From: an uncultured delta proteobacterium
GTDB lineage: Bacteria; Desulfobacterota; Binatia; UBA9968
Direction of reading: 5' to 3'
Assembly (NCBI GenBank): GCA_963771465.1
Contig: CAVYTU010000007.1
Coordinates: forward strand, 75,223 to 139,222
DNA: 64,000 nucleotides
In this document: piece after piece, positions 52,478 to 63,105 of the stretch
Numbering within the stretch: position 1 is the stretch's first letter
Layout of the letters: every line of letters starts with the position of its first letter
Program-made: the position numbers and the translations under genes
The notes under the pieces: generated by a model
The model's database searches: none
Told to the model about the DNA's origin: nothing
What the model saw: only the letters and a program-made list of their open reading frames with translations

Positions 52478-52945
52478 ATGGCTACTATTGTCGAAGGAAA
52501 ACAGGAGGCCGATGGTCTTAGGATCGCCATTGTTGTCAGCCGCTTCAATAATTTCATTACTGAGAAGTTACTGGACGGTGCCCTTGATGGCTTTTCCAGC
52601 CACGGCGGCGCGGAAAGTAATCTGACCGTGGTGCGCGTGCCCGGCGCCTTTGAGATTCCCATCGTCGCGGACAGGCTAGCGGCGAGCGGCAAGTTCGACG
52701 CATTGGTTTGTTTAGGTGCGGTGATTCGCGGCGACACGCCGCACTTCGATTACGTTTGTGACGCGGTGACGCGCGGGATCGGCGACGCCGTCAAGACCTA
52801 TAAAATTCCCATCGGCTTTGGCGTCCTGACAACCGACAACGTGCAGCAGGCGATGGATCGCGCCGGGACGAAAGACGCCAACAAGGGCTACGAAGCGTTG
52901 TTAGTCGCCGTCGAGATGGTCAATGTGCTGCGCCAAGTTGTGTGA
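52478..52945 (+). CDS. ribH: 6,7-dimethyl-8-ribityllumazine synthase
   Basis: SRFN, VPGAFEIP, GAVIRGDTPHFDYV, FGVLT. Confidence 0.97.
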   Translation: MATIVEGKQEADGLRIAIVVSRFNNFITEKLLDGALDGFSSHGGAESNLTVVRVPGAFEIPIVADRLAASGKFDALVCLGAVIRGDTPHFDYVCDAVTRGIGDAVKTYKIPIGFGVLTTDNVQQAMDRAGTKDANKGYEALLVAVEMVNVLRQVV

Positions 52946-52951
52946 CACGTC

Positions 52952-53440
52952 GTGGTCGTTGGCGCTAAATTCATCGAGCAAACCTTGTCAGAAATTCAAC
53001 CCGATAGCGTGCCCAATTTGCCGCGCAGCAACCGGCGCAAGGGCCGCGAGCTGGCGCTCCAGGCGCTTTACCAGATCGAGATCACCGGCGATCCATCGGT
53101 GGCGGCGGTGGAATTGTTCCTGCAACACTTCGAGGGAAATACCAAGGCTAAAGAATTCGCCCGCCGCTTGGTTTCCGGAACGGTAAGCCAGCGTGCCGAG
53201 ATCGACCGCATGATCGATCAGGCCACCGAAAACTGGAAGAACGAGCGTTTGGCCAAAGTCGATTTCGTGTTGCTGCGCATGGCCGCCTACGAATTGGTCT
53301 TCTGTGCCGATATCCCGACCGCGGTAACTTTGGACGAAGCGATCGAGATCGCCAAACGCTTTGGCGGCGAGGAGTCCGCGGGCTTTATCAATGGAGTCTT
53401 GGATCGGGTGGCCCGATCCAGTTGCGCGAAATCCGACTAG
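52952..53440 (+). CDS. nusB: transcription antitermination factor
   Basis: [36 protein letters not shown]. Confidence 0.95.
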   Translation: MVVGAKFIEQTLSEIQPDSVPNLPRSNRRKGRELALQALYQIEITGDPSVAAVELFLQHFEGNTKAKEFARRLVSGTVSQRAEIDRMIDQATENWKNERLAKVDFVLLRMAAYELVFCADIPTAVTLDEAIEIAKRFGGEESAGFINGVLDRVARSSCAKSD

Positions 53441-53450
53441 AAGATTGACC

Positions 53451-56048
53451 ATGGACGAGCGTTATCAAGCCAAAGCGATTGAAGAGAAGTGGCAAAAGAT
53501 TTGGGCCGAGAACCAAGCATTTCAGGTCACTGAGGACGCGGCCAAGCCGAAGTACTACGTCCTCGAGATGTTTCCCTATCCGTCCGGCCGTATTCACATG
53601 GGCCATGTGCGTAACTATTCCATCGGCGATGTGGTGGCACGCTACAAGCGCATGCGCGGCTTCAACGTGCTCCATCCGATGGGCTGGGATGCCTTCGGAT
53701 TGCCGGCGGAAAACGCCGCCATTGAGCGCGGCGTGCATCCGGAAGCTTGGACCCAGGAAAATATTCTCTATATGAAGACCCAGCTCAAGCGCATGGGTCT
53801 GTCCTACGATTGGGCGCGCGAAATCGCCACCTGCCAGTCGGAGTATTACCGCTGGAATCAGTGGATCTTTTTGCAGTTTTTCAAAAAGGGACTGGCCTAT
53901 AAAAAAAGCTCCTTCGTCAATTGGTGTCCATCCTGCGAAACGGTCTTGGCCAACGAGCAGGTGATCGACGGCGCTTGTTGGCGCTGCGACTCTGCGGTGA
54001 TGCAAAAAGAATTGGAACAGTGGTTTTTCCGCATCACCGATTACGCCGAGGAGCTGCTCGGCGATCTGGACAAACTCAGCGGTTGGCCCGACAAAGTACT
54101 GACCATGCAGCGCAACTGGATCGGCAAATCGATCGGCGCTGAGATCGATTTTCCGCTCGTCGGCCACGACGGCGCTCTGAGGATCTTCACCACCCGCCCG
54201 GATACCATCTTCGGCGCGACATTCGTTTCACTGGCGGTGGAACATCCAATGGCTGAAGCTCTAGCACGTGACACGGCGGAAGCGGACGCGGTTAAGCAAT
54301 TTATCGATCGTTATAAAAATATCAGCCAAGCGCAACGGGGCGCTGAGGAAGGCGAGAAGGAAGGCGTCTTCACCGGCGCCTACTGCCGCAATCCATTTTC
54401 GAACGAGAATATTCCCATCTATTTGGCCAATTTCGTCTTGATGGAATACGGCACCGGCGTGGTGATGGCGGTGCCGGCTCATGATCAGCGCGATTTCGAG
54501 TTCGCGAAAAAGTATAACTTGCCGATTCGCGTCGTCATCCAGCCCAACGACCGCAAACTTATACTCGCCGAGATGACCGAAGCTTACGTCGACGAAGGGG
54601 TCATGGCCGATAGCGGCATTTTTTCCGGTACCCCCAATATCGCCGGCAAAGAAAAGATCGCGGCGTTTGCTGAAGCCAATGGTTTTGGCAAGAAGGCGAT
54701 TCGCTTTCGGCTGCGCGACTGGGGTGTGTCGCGCCAACGCTACTGGGGTACGCCGATCCCGATTATTTATTGTGAAATATGCGGCGCTATGCCCGTGCCG
54801 GAAGATCAATTGCCGGTAGCGTTGCCGAAAGACGTTCCGTTTACCGGCAAGGGCGGTTCGCCATTGAGTGATAGCAAAACATTCTCGCAAGTGGCCTGTC
54901 CGAAATGTCACGGCAATGCGCGCCGCGAGACGGATACCATGGACACCTTCGTCGACTCGTCTTGGTATTTTCTCCGTTACACTTCGGCGAATTTTACTAA
55001 GGCGCCGGTCGATGTCGATAAAGGCCGCTACTGGATGGCGGTGGATCAATATATCGGCGGGGTCGAGCACGCGGTGCTGCATTTGCTCTACGCGCGTTTC
55101 TTTACCAAAGCGTTGCGTGATGTCGGCTTGGCAACTGTGGGTGAGCCGTTTACCAATCTGCTCACCCAAGGAATGGTATCGAAGGAAACCTACCGTTGCA
55201 GCGAGCATAATTGGCTCTTCCCCAACGAGCTTGTGGGTTCGGACAAGGATGGCTGGAAGTGCCCGCTGTGCCATCGGCCAGTGCAAAAGGGCCGGGTCGA
55301 AAAAATGTCCAAGTCGAAGAAAAACATCATCGACCCGGAAGATCTGATTGGCCAGTACGGCGCCGACACGGCTAGGTTGTTTACGCTTTTCGCCGCGCCG
55401 CCGGAAAAAGATCTCGAATGGAGCGACCAGGGAGTCGAGGGCGCCTTTCGATTTCTTAGCCGGCTCTGGCGCTTGGTGTTTCAGCAGCGCGAGCTCTGGA
55501 CGAAGCCCTCAAGCAATGGCGCGCCCGCAGAGTTGACCTCTAAGCAGCGCGATCTCAAGCGCATGATTCATCGGACGATTAAGAAAGTCTCCGACGATAT
55601 CGACGGCCGGTTTCATTTCAACACGGCGATCGCGGCGATCATGGAGTTGTCCAACGCGCTCAGCGCGGCAATCCAGGACGATGCCAACCTGAAGGACAGC
55701 GCGCCGATCATTAAGGAAGGGCTGGAAACGATGATTGTCCTGCTTGCGCCCTTCGTGCCGCACGTCGCGAGCGAGCTCTGGGAAGAATTGGGACATCGCG
55801 AATCGTTGGATCGGCTTCCTTGGCCGAGCTATTCGCAAGCCGCGCTGGTGGAAGAGCAGTTGCTGATCGTTGTGCAGGTCAACGGCAAGGTACGCGGCAA
55901 AATTACCGTGCCGGCGGATATGACCCAAGAACGGATTCAGACCGACGCCTTGGCTGACGCTAGAGTCGTCGGCTTTCTCGAAGGGAAAAAAGTCCAGCGC
56001 GTGGTTTACGTGCCGCGCCGCTTGGTCAACATTGTTGTGGAGGGTTAA
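53451..56048 (+). CDS. leuS: leucine--tRNA ligase
   Basis: [42 protein letters not shown]. Confidence 0.98.
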   Translation: MDERYQAKAIEEKWQKIWAENQAFQVTEDAAKPKYYVLEMFPYPSGRIHMGHVRNYSIGDVVARYKRMRGFNVLHPMGWDAFGLPAENAAIERGVHPEAWTQENILYMKTQLKRMGLSYDWAREIATCQSEYYRWNQWIFLQFFKKGLAYKKSSFVNWCPSCETVLANEQVIDGACWRCDSAVMQKELEQWFFRITDYAEELLGDLDKLSGWPDKVLTMQRNWIGKSIGAEIDFPLVGHDGALRIFTTRPDTIFGATFVSLAVEHPMAEALARDTAEADAVKQFIDRYKNISQAQRGAEEGEKEGVFTGAYCRNPFSNENIPIYLANFVLMEYGTGVVMAVPAHDQRDFEFAKKYNLPIRVVIQPNDRKLILAEMTEAYVDEGVMADSGIFSGTPNIAGKEKIAAFAEANGFGKKAIRFRLRDWGVSRQRYWGTPIPIIYCEICGAMPVPEDQLPVALPKDVPFTGKGGSPLSDSKTFSQVACPKCHGNARRETDTMDTFVDSSWYFLRYTSANFTKAPVDVDKGRYWMAVDQYIGGVEHAVLHLLYARFFTKALRDVGLATVGEPFTNLLTQGMVSKETYRCSEHNWLFPNELVGSDKDGWKCPLCHRPVQKGRVEKMSKSKKNIIDPEDLIGQYGADTARLFTLFAAPPEKDLEWSDQGVEGAFRFLSRLWRLVFQQRELWTKPSSNGAPAELTSKQRDLKRMIHRTIKKVSDDIDGRFHFNTAIAAIMELSNALSAAIQDDANLKDSAPIIKEGLETMIVLLAPFVPHVASELWEELGHRESLDRLPWPSYSQAALVEEQLLIVVQVNGKVRGKITVPADMTQERIQTDALADARVVGFLEGKKVQRVVYVPRRLVNIVVEG

Positions 56049-56667
56049 GCTCGTGAAAAATTCTCCGATGATTCGATGGCAGCGAGTTTGGTTCTTACTG
56101 GCTGCGGTGGTGCTGCCGACTGTCGTCGGCTGCGGCTATCAATTTGTCGGTGAGAGCACGCTCTTGCCGAAGGATGCCAAAACGATCTATGTCGAGCCGT
56201 TTGTCAATCGTAGCCACGATGTCGGCATTGAGAAGGAGCTCACCTCGGCACTGCGCGGCGAGTTTTACCGTCGGCGTCAACTGACGGTCGTCGATCAAGC
56301 CGAGTTTGCCGACGTTATCGTTAGCGGCGTGGTTCGTTCCTTGGACAGCAGCGTCGATTCGGTCAATCGCCATGACGAGGTTTTGCAGTATGAATCGCGG
56401 CTCAATCTCGACGTAACCCTGAGGCGCCGCGAGCCCTATGAAGTGCTTTGGCGCGGTCATGGCTTGCAGCTTAATGAAGTTTACGCCGGTTCGCGGTCAG
56501 CGGTGGTTACAACCTCCTCCGATTTCCGCACGGGAAACTTGAGCGCGTCGGATGTCCGGCGCATGACCGACATTCAATTGACGGACACCGAACGCAAAAA
56601 TGCCCGCGACCAATTGATGGAGCGATTTGCTAAAGAACTCCACCAGAGAATGATGGAAATGTTCTAA
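56032..56667 (+). CDS. lptE: LPS assembly lipoprotein LptE family
   Basis: Lipobox VVGC-GY.F; TIYV.PF.N; located after leuS; true start may be 56053-56068. Confidence 0.8.
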   Translation: MLWRVKLVKNSPMIRWQRVWFLLAAVVLPTVVGCGYQFVGESTLLPKDAKTIYVEPFVNRSHDVGIEKELTSALRGEFYRRRQLTVVDQAEFADVIVSGVVRSLDSSVDSVNRHDEVLQYESRLNLDVTLRRREPYEVLWRGHGLQLNEVYAGSRSAVVTTSSDFRTGNLSASDVRRMTDIQLTDTERKNARDQLMERFAKELHQRMMEMF

Positions 56668-56724
56668 GGAATAAAACCGAATTAACGGAGCCGCAGCCGG
56701 GACATGAATGCGGCGCGGTGAGCT

Positions 56725-56997
56725 CTAGCCGACAGTGGAAATCTTCGCGGCCGCTCGCGATAGGCGTGACAACCAGCGCGAGCCGGTATTGTTTTTGATA
56801 ACACCTTTGCTTACCGCCTTACTCAGGGCCTTGTTGACCGCGCGCAATTGAACCGATGCATTTTCAGCATTCTTCGATTCGATCGCTTGTCGGGTTTTTT
56901 TGATCAAAGTGCGAAGCTTCGATTTTGTTTCGATGTTCCGCGCCCGTCGCTTGAGGCTTTGTTGATGCCGTTTGATGACAGATGTGTGGACCGCCAA
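56725..56997 (-). CDS. rpsT: 30S ribosomal protein S20
   Basis: TTG start with GGAGG RBS; S.IKRH.QS.KRRARN..KS.LRT, KGVI..N...R..SRL. Confidence 0.95.
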   Translation of the reverse strand: MAVHTSVIKRHQQSLKRRARNIETKSKLRTLIKKTRQAIESKNAENASVQLRAVNKALSKAVSKGVIKNNTGSRWLSRLSRAAAKISTVG

Positions 56998-57337
56998 GTG
57001 AAATCCTCCGAATTTACTTCGCTCTTTGTACCATCGGCCTCGATACGAGTCAACGTGCTCGATTAGCCGTAACAAATTCTAGCCGGCATGAAACGCCCTT
57101 CGCGTGAATAATCAGTGCTGCACACTGGCGCGCACGGTCGGCGCAACGAGAATCCCCCTCATCTCGCTTGCCGTCTTGATCTTTCCGCCTCGGAAATAAT
57201 CGCTAGCGTCAACTTCCCCGTGACAAAAAATACAAATCGTTTAACTGACTAAAAAGATACACGATTCCGGCGCCGTGAAATTGAGCAAAACGTTGCGCCT
57301 TGGATAGATTGCCCGCGCGCGTGGGTTTCATTAACGG

Positions 57338-57465
57338 TTATCAACAAGTTATAAACAATTTCTGTGAATTCCACCGCCGTTCCGTAAGACTAGTGCTCGA
57401 CAACGTGGAATATCTGCCACTGATTGCACAGATGATTTGCCCAGCGAATATTTTCCTTATCCACG
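57338..57465. promoter_or_regulatory. cluster of DnaA-box-like nonamers
   Basis: TTATCAACA (57338), TTATAAACA (57349), TTATCCACG (57457) vs consensus TTWTNCACA in a long AT-rich intergenic region. Confidence 0.35.
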
Positions 57466-57687
57466 ATTCGAACCCGATCGCTAGAAAATATTTGTCGTGC
57501 AGCGGCCGCCGCGTTGTTTCTCCTGATGGCGCGATATTCGATCCTCTCATAGCGTGCTTGCTGATATAAATACATCAGCGTTTTCCGTGCCGTTCCACTT
57601 GAATCTCCATTAGACATATGCGATAAAAATTGCTTAATGAGGACTGTGTAGTACAAGATGTGTGACGGGAAAGGAGGTGAATCAAAG

Positions 57688-57906
57688 ATGGGAAAGAAAT
57701 TCGTTTCATTGGCGGCCATTACCCTCTTCGCTTTTACTTTAACGTTCGTCGGATGTGGTAAAAAGGAAGAACCGGCTCCGCCTCCACCGCCGCCAGCGCC
57801 AGCAGCGCCTGCGCCGGAACCAGCGGCTCCTCCTGAGCCTGCGAAGGATGCAGCTCCAGCACCTGACAAGGGAATGGAGAAAAAAGAGGATGCAAAAACC
57901 AAGTAA
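57688..57906 (+). CDS. small Pro/Ala-rich lipoprotein, paralog 1
   Basis: AAGGAGGT RBS; signal MGKKFVSL...FVGC; PAPPPPPPAP core; EKKEDAKTK tail. Confidence 0.8.
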   Translation: MGKKFVSLAAITLFAFTLTFVGCGKKEEPAPPPPPPAPAAPAPEPAAPPEPAKDAAPAPDKGMEKKEDAKTK

Positions 57907-57966
57907 GCATTTGGTTTTCATTGCATTGTTGTTGAGGATGTTAGTGACGTGAAAGGAGGTGACTTA

Positions 57967-58224
57967 ATGATAGGAAAGAAATTTGTTTCGTTGTCGGCGC
58001 TTGCCGTCTTCGCTTTTACGCTCACATTGGCAGGTTGCGAGAAAAAGGAGACAACAGTTGTTGCGCCGCCGCCGCCGGCTCCGGCTCCGGCACCGGCTCC
58101 GGCAGGGCCAGAGGGAGCACCGGGAGCGCCAGGAGCACCAGGCGCGCCGGGAGCACCAGGCGCACCAGGCGCACCGGGACCAGATGCGCCAGTGGAGAAG
58201 AAAGACGAAGGAAAAACCAAGTAA
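57967..58224 (+). CDS. small Pro-rich lipoprotein with collagen-like (Gly-X-Y)9 tract, paralog 2
   Basis: AAGGAGGT RBS; signal MIGKKFVSL...LAGC; GPE-(GAP)7-GPD; EKKDEGKTK tail. Confidence 0.8.
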   Translation: MIGKKFVSLSALAVFAFTLTLAGCEKKETTVVAPPPPAPAPAPAPAGPEGAPGAPGAPGAPGAPGAPGAPGPDAPVEKKDEGKTK

Positions 58225-58259
58225 GGATTTTTAGCCTTATACCGGTTGATGCTACCGAG

Positions 58260-58292
58260 AAAGGGGAAGGGTTTGACACCTTCCCCTTTTTT
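58260..58292 (+). terminator. intrinsic terminator
   Basis: aaaggggaagg-gtttgaca-ccttccccttttt t. Confidence 0.85.
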
Positions 58293-58321
58293 GCAATTTT
58301 GCTGTGCGGTCGCGGATTGTG

Positions 58322-59047
58322 GTGAGCGATTCAAATATGACGCTAACGGAGCATCTTGAGGATCTCCGCTGGTGTTTGTTGAAGTCGGTCATAGCCGTCT
58401 TTGTCATCTCAAGCGTTTGCTACTATTTCTCTAATGTGATTTTTGGCTTTATGGTCGCGCCGCTGCGGCAACACTTGCAGCCCGGCCAAAGTCTGATCGG
58501 CACCAGCGTCACCGAAGCTTTTTTTTCCGAGCTGAAAGTCGCTTTGGCGGCTGGCGTGCTGTTTTCCAGCCCGTATATTTTTTACCAGATCTGGCGTTTT
58601 GTCGCGCCGGGGCTCTCGGGCCGGGAAAAAAAGTTAGTGGTGCCCTTTGTTTTGTGCGCGACGTTGTTTTTTATCGGCGGCGCGTACTTTTGTTATCGGA
58701 TCGTGCTGCCGGTCGCGTTTAAATATTTCATCGAGCAGTACGCGACCATGGGGGTTATGCCGGCGATACGGATCGGCGAGTATTTTACTTTTTTTTTCCG
58801 TATGGTTTTGGCGTTTAGCGTGACTTTTGAGCTGCCGGTTTTTACATTTTTCCTGGTGCGGCTGGGAATCTGGAACTACCGTTTGATGATCAGCTCGTTT
58901 CGTTATGCGCTTATCGCGATCTTTGTATTGGCCGCTATGCTGACGCCGACGCCGGATGTCATCAATCAAAGTTTGTTGGCATTGCCGATGTTGGTCTTAT
59001 ACGTTCTCAGCATCGGCGTCGCGTATATTTGGCGCCGCAAGGAATAA
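58322..59047 (+). CDS. tatC: twin-arginine translocase subunit TatC
   Basis: MTLTEHLEDLR, YQIWRFVAPGL...EK, FELP, TPTPD. Confidence 0.95.
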   Translation: MSDSNMTLTEHLEDLRWCLLKSVIAVFVISSVCYYFSNVIFGFMVAPLRQHLQPGQSLIGTSVTEAFFSELKVALAAGVLFSSPYIFYQIWRFVAPGLSGREKKLVVPFVLCATLFFIGGAYFCYRIVLPVAFKYFIEQYATMGVMPAIRIGEYFTFFFRMVLAFSVTFELPVFTFFLVRLGIWNYRLMISSFRYALIAIFVLAAMLTPTPDVINQSLLALPMLVLYVLSIGVAYIWRRKE

Positions 59048-59081
59048 ATCGAATTTTGGTTTCTATGGTTGAGGAGGAGTA

Positions 59082-61211
59082 ATGATTCCATTTGTAATCG
59101 TGATTAGCTGTTTGTCCTTGGCTTTTGCCGTGTACCTAGCGCGCCAGGTGCTGAGCAAGGACACCGGCACGCAAAAGATGCGGGACATCTCGGACGCCAT
59201 CAAAGAGGGCGCCGAAGCTTTCATGTCGCGGCAAAACCGTACCATCATTATTTTGTCCGCGGCTTTAGCCGTACTCATCTTTCTCCTCTACGCCTTCGTG
59301 CGCACCCCGAGCAAGGCCGACCCGGTGCCGCCAATGGAAACGGCTTTTTGGACGACGCTCTCTTTCGTGCTCGGCGCGGCTTGTTCGCTGATCGCGGGTT
59401 ATGTCGGCATGTGGGTTTCCATCCGCGCCAACATACGTACCGCCGCCGCGGTTCGATCCAGTCTCAACGAAGCCTTGCAGATCGCGATGCGCGGCGGCGC
59501 GGTGTCCGGTTTGTTTGTCGTCGCCATGAGCCTCCTCGGCGTCGGCGGGCTGTATGCGTTGCTTGACGCCCTCGGGCATGATCCGCAGAAAATTCCGTTT
59601 ACCATCGTCGGCTATGGATTCGGCGCATCGTTCGTCGCGCTCTTCGCCCAGCTCGGCGGCGGTATTTATACCAAGGCAGCCGATGTGGGCGCCGATCTGG
59701 TCGGCAAAGTCGAAGCCGGCATCCCCGAAGACGATCCCCGCAATCCCGCGGTCATCGCCGACTTGGTCGGCGACAACGTCGGCGACTGCGCCGGTCGTGG
59801 CGCCGATTTGTTCGAGTCCACCGCAGCCGAGAATATCGGCGCGATGATTCTGGGCGTCGGCTTGTTTCCCTACTTCGGTTTGAAAGGGATTCTTTTCCCG
59901 CTGGTAGCACGCGCGCTGGGCCTGGTCGCTTCGATCGTCGGTATCATGGTAGTGAAGACTAAAGAAGATGGCGACGCCATGGCGGCGCTCAACAAGGGCT
60001 ACTACGTCACCAGCGTGTTGGCGGTTGCCGGGTTCTTTTTTACCGCGAAATATTTGCTCGCGGTCGATGTGTCGAAGTATCCCGAAGCCGAGTCGGCGTG
60101 GTTCTATTTTTTCCTGTGCGGCGTTGTCGGTATCGTGATGGCTCAGGCCTTCGTTTACATCACCCAGTATTACACCGAGTACAGATATCGGCCGGTTAGA
60201 GAAATCGCCGAGGCGTCCAAAACTGGGCCGGCGACGAACATCATCGCCGGTATCGCGGTGGGTCTGGAGTGCACCGCGATTCCCGTGTTGGTGATTTCCG
60301 TGGCGATTATCACCTCCTACTATTTGGGACTGAACAGCGGCGTAAAACACGCCGGCCTGTTTGGCACCGCGGTGGCAACCATGGGCATGCTCGGCACCGC
60401 CGCATATATTCTCGCCATGGACACCTTCGGTCCGATCACCGATAACGCCGGGGGCATCGTTGAGATGAGCGGTCAACCGGAAGAAGTGCGCCGCAAGACG
60501 GACCGGTTAGACGCGGTCGGCAACACCACGAAGGCGCTTACCAAGGGCTACGCGATCGGCTCGGCGGCGCTGGCGGCGTTTTTGCTGTTTTCCGCCTATC
60601 TCGATGAGGTGGCTCATTACGGCCATCCTTTAGAAGTAGTCAACATCGCCAAGCCGGAGGTTTTTGTCGGCGGCCTCCTCGGCGCCATGCTGGTATTTCT
60701 GTTTTCGTCCTTTGCTATTAGGGCGGTCGGCAAAGCTGCCTACTACGTCATCAACGAGGTGCGCCGGCAGTTCAAAGAGAACCCCGGCATACTCTTGGGA
60801 ACGGTAAAGCCCGACTATCGTCGCTGCGTCGACATCGTGACCCTCGGTGCTTTGAAGCAAATGGTCGTTCCCGGTCTACTCGCGGTGACCATGCCCGTGG
60901 CGGTTGGTCTGGTTTTCCGTATGTTTGGCATCGGTGCCGAAGCCGTGGCGGCCTTCTTGATGGTCGGCACGATCGCAGGAATCTTGATGGCGACCTTCTT
61001 CAACAACAGCGGCGGGGCTTGGGATAACGCCAAGAAATATATCGAGAGCGGCCAGTACGAAGGCGGCGGCAAAGGTTCCGATCCGCACAAGGCTGCGGTC
61101 GTCGGCGATACCTTGGGCGATCCGTTCAAAGACACCGCCGGCCCCAGTCTCCACGTCCTAATCAAGCTTTTGGCGACCATCACGCTTGTGCTGGCGCCCT
61201 TGTTTGTCTAA
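59082..61211 (+). CDS. hppA: membrane-bound H+-translocating pyrophosphatase, K+-independent type
   Basis: GGIYTKAADVGADLVGKVE, EDDPRNP, DNVGD; GNTTKA (Lys marks K+-independence); GDPFKDT. Confidence 0.96.
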   Translation: MIPFVIVISCLSLAFAVYLARQVLSKDTGTQKMRDISDAIKEGAEAFMSRQNRTIIILSAALAVLIFLLYAFVRTPSKADPVPPMETAFWTTLSFVLGAACSLIAGYVGMWVSIRANIRTAAAVRSSLNEALQIAMRGGAVSGLFVVAMSLLGVGGLYALLDALGHDPQKIPFTIVGYGFGASFVALFAQLGGGIYTKAADVGADLVGKVEAGIPEDDPRNPAVIADLVGDNVGDCAGRGADLFESTAAENIGAMILGVGLFPYFGLKGILFPLVARALGLVASIVGIMVVKTKEDGDAMAALNKGYYVTSVLAVAGFFFTAKYLLAVDVSKYPEAESAWFYFFLCGVVGIVMAQAFVYITQYYTEYRYRPVREIAEASKTGPATNIIAGIAVGLECTAIPVLVISVAIITSYYLGLNSGVKHAGLFGTAVATMGMLGTAAYILAMDTFGPITDNAGGIVEMSGQPEEVRRKTDRLDAVGNTTKALTKGYAIGSAALAAFLLFSAYLDEVAHYGHPLEVVNIAKPEVFVGGLLGAMLVFLFSSFAIRAVGKAAYYVINEVRRQFKENPGILLGTVKPDYRRCVDIVTLGALKQMVVPGLLAVTMPVAVGLVFRMFGIGAEAVAAFLMVGTIAGILMATFFNNSGGAWDNAKKYIESGQYEGGGKGSDPHKAAVVGDTLGDPFKDTAGPSLHVLIKLLATITLVLAPLFV

Positions 61212-61229
61212 TTGACACGGTGCATTCGA

Positions 61230-61262
61230 GAAGGCCTCTCCCGCGAGAGGCCTTCGCATTTT
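61230..61262 (+). terminator. intrinsic terminator after hppA
   Basis: gaaggcctctc-ccgc-gagaggccttc followed by gcatttt. Confidence 0.7.
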
Positions 61263-61310
61263 CTGATCAAGAGTTTTGTGCTAGGAAATATTCTCGTTAC
61301 TCCCTTCCGA

Positions 61311-61349
61311 GCCCGGATGGTGGAATAGGTAGACACGAGGGACTTAAAA
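61311..61349 (+). tRNA. tRNA-Leu(TAA) 5' half only, interrupted at the anticodon loop (probable att junction)
   Basis: GCCCGGATGGTGGAATAGGTAGACACGAGGGA-CTTAAAA; the expected TCCCT 3' arm is absent. Confidence 0.85.
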
Positions 61350-61662
61350 GACTGGGAAGCCGCTTTCACCAGAATTCAGCAGAAACGCCAACTTAGGAAT
61401 AGGTTGGCGTTTTTGTTTGTATTTTCGTTCACTCGGTTTTTTTCAGCGATTGCAGCGACCACGCCGTTTTTGCAGGAATTGCGCGATATTTTGCAACGCA
61501 TCTGTAACACAGGTGGAATACACGCGGTGTCTTGTGTTTAAACTCAGACATGGATTATGAAGTTACAGATTGTGATTAACGACAACTCAAAATTTCAACT
61601 AGTCACCCTACAGGGAAAAGGAAAAGCAGGAGCGGGCGCTTGTACTGGATGACTGAAAAACC

Positions 61663-62300
61663 ATGAGTGTCGGCACGGGCATATTTCTGGCGGGTGCGCT
61701 TTTAGCCGTTGTGGCTCTCTATATCGCCACTAAAGACCGATGGAATTGGATGAAAACTATACTGTGGCCATTGGGCGTAACGTTGACCATGGTAACTGGC
61801 TTTTACCTTCACAGTCTGATTCCTGAAAAACCAAAGGTCGAGAAAACCTTTTGGGAAATCCCGTTAGGTGCGTCGCAGACTGATGTCCTATTCATCAGAG
61901 GTAAACCGTCGACTAAAGAGAGTGATAGGTGGGTTTATTCTTCCAACACGATGGTGGAAGCTGGGATTACAGTTACAATGTTAGATTCGTGGACGGAAAG
62001 GTGTAGCTCGTCGTTTTTACCTGCTGTTTAAACGGCACGGATTCCCGCGGGTATATTCAGGGGATAGCTATCGGTGCTACTGAAAAAAGTGACGTTCAGA
62101 AAAAATTCGGACCGCCTACATCCACCGCAGGTTCTGATGATGGATTGACAAGAATTTACAGCTACAGGGATTACAATGTGGCGTTTGTGCTGGAACAGAA
62201 CAGGGTCATAGGACTTGGTATATATAACCCGGCAGTGGCTCCGAACGGTATCTCATGTTTTCTGCATCAGAGAAGGCAAACTAAAAGAGTCGATTGCTAA
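61663..62300 (+). pseudogene. membrane-anchored protein with two SmpA/BLIP-like repeats; frameshift plus internal TAG
   Basis: IPLGASQTDVLFIRGKP is mirrored by IAIGATEKSDVQKKFGPP in another frame; shift near 61940 and TAG near 62005. Confidence 0.6.
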
Positions 62301-62469
62301 TAAACGGCGGTTTTCTCTGGAAGCCGCCGTTTATGTTTATCTTTCGACGATGCCTTCGACAGTGCTAAAAGTGCATTTCGTGCTAATGTCGCACGAAAAT
62401 TGTCCCGAAATTGTCCCGAAATCTCGCGATGAGCGACCGCGAATTGCAGAAACGGATAAAGGAAATGCG

Positions 62470-62799
62470 ATGGTAAAAAAATTAGCGCTTGGAACTATTT
62501 TGTTCGCACTCTCATTAAATATGGGGCATGCGGCTGAGCCCGAGCTCTACACATGCGCTTATTGGCCGCAGCTGACTCCCACTTTCAAAGCAGGTTATGT
62601 ATTCGGTTGGGTTGGGGCTGTAGATAGTATCGCAAAGATTCAGGACAATGTGGGTCAATTCCTGTGGCCCAAAGGTTATGGAGTCAGTAGCGTCGTGTTG
62701 GAGATGGACGATGCATGCAATAAACTGGAAAACCACAACCAGAAACTCGGGGACATGATGCTAATTATATCAGCTACGCTAAACGGCGTCGGGAAATAG
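62470..62799 (+). CDS. small secreted hypothetical protein
   Basis: AAGGA RBS; signal peptide MVKKLALGTILFALSLNMGHA; two Cys. Confidence 0.7.
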   Translation: MVKKLALGTILFALSLNMGHAAEPELYTCAYWPQLTPTFKAGYVFGWVGAVDSIAKIQDNVGQFLWPKGYGVSSVVLEMDDACNKLENHNQKLGDMMLIISATLNGVGK

Positions 62800-62817
62800 G
62801 TTGGGCTCGCCGAGGTC

Positions 62818-63105
62818 TTACCCTGTCCAAGTTAACCCGCTCACACTTTTTAACTGAGCATCAAGCGCTTGTTGAAATGTTTCTATCTGATCAATTAGCT
62901 TTAACGCATCATCCCGGAAAACCGTTATTGGTTTGCCATCTACACCGTCAACGGCTTCCAACGCCATAGAGGGCCTTCGGCCAGCGGCCATTAATTGCCG
63001 CCGCGTTGTTCTCGCCACCAAATATTCCTGGCGCAACCCTTCAAGGAAAAGCAACAGGTCGGCTGCCTCGACTTTTTCATAGTCCCGGCACAGTAGTCTC
63101 AACAT
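62818..63105 (-). CDS. hypothetical protein
   Basis: 95-aa ATG ORF with helical, protein-like composition. Confidence 0.5.
   Translation of the reverse strand: MLRLLCRDYEKVEAADLLLFLEGLRQEYLVARTTRRQLMAAGRRPSMALEAVDGVDGKPITVFRDDALKLIDQIETFQQALDAQLKSVSGLTWTG

Noticed and set aside
57688-58224. TatA/TatB identity for the small genes before tatC
   Set aside because: They have lipoboxes and lack the TM-FG-amphipathic helix signature; a terminator separates them from tatC
59265-60476. Long antisense ORFs (403 aa here; also 54261-55286, 32878-33690, 35427-36167)
   Set aside because: Shadow frames of well-conserved high-GC genes on the opposite strand; no motifs
61346-61620. Group I intron in tRNA-Leu(UAA)
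   Set aside because: No convincing P1 guide or Q/R/S core motifs, and no 3' exon visible in the window; a terminator-like hairpin follows instead
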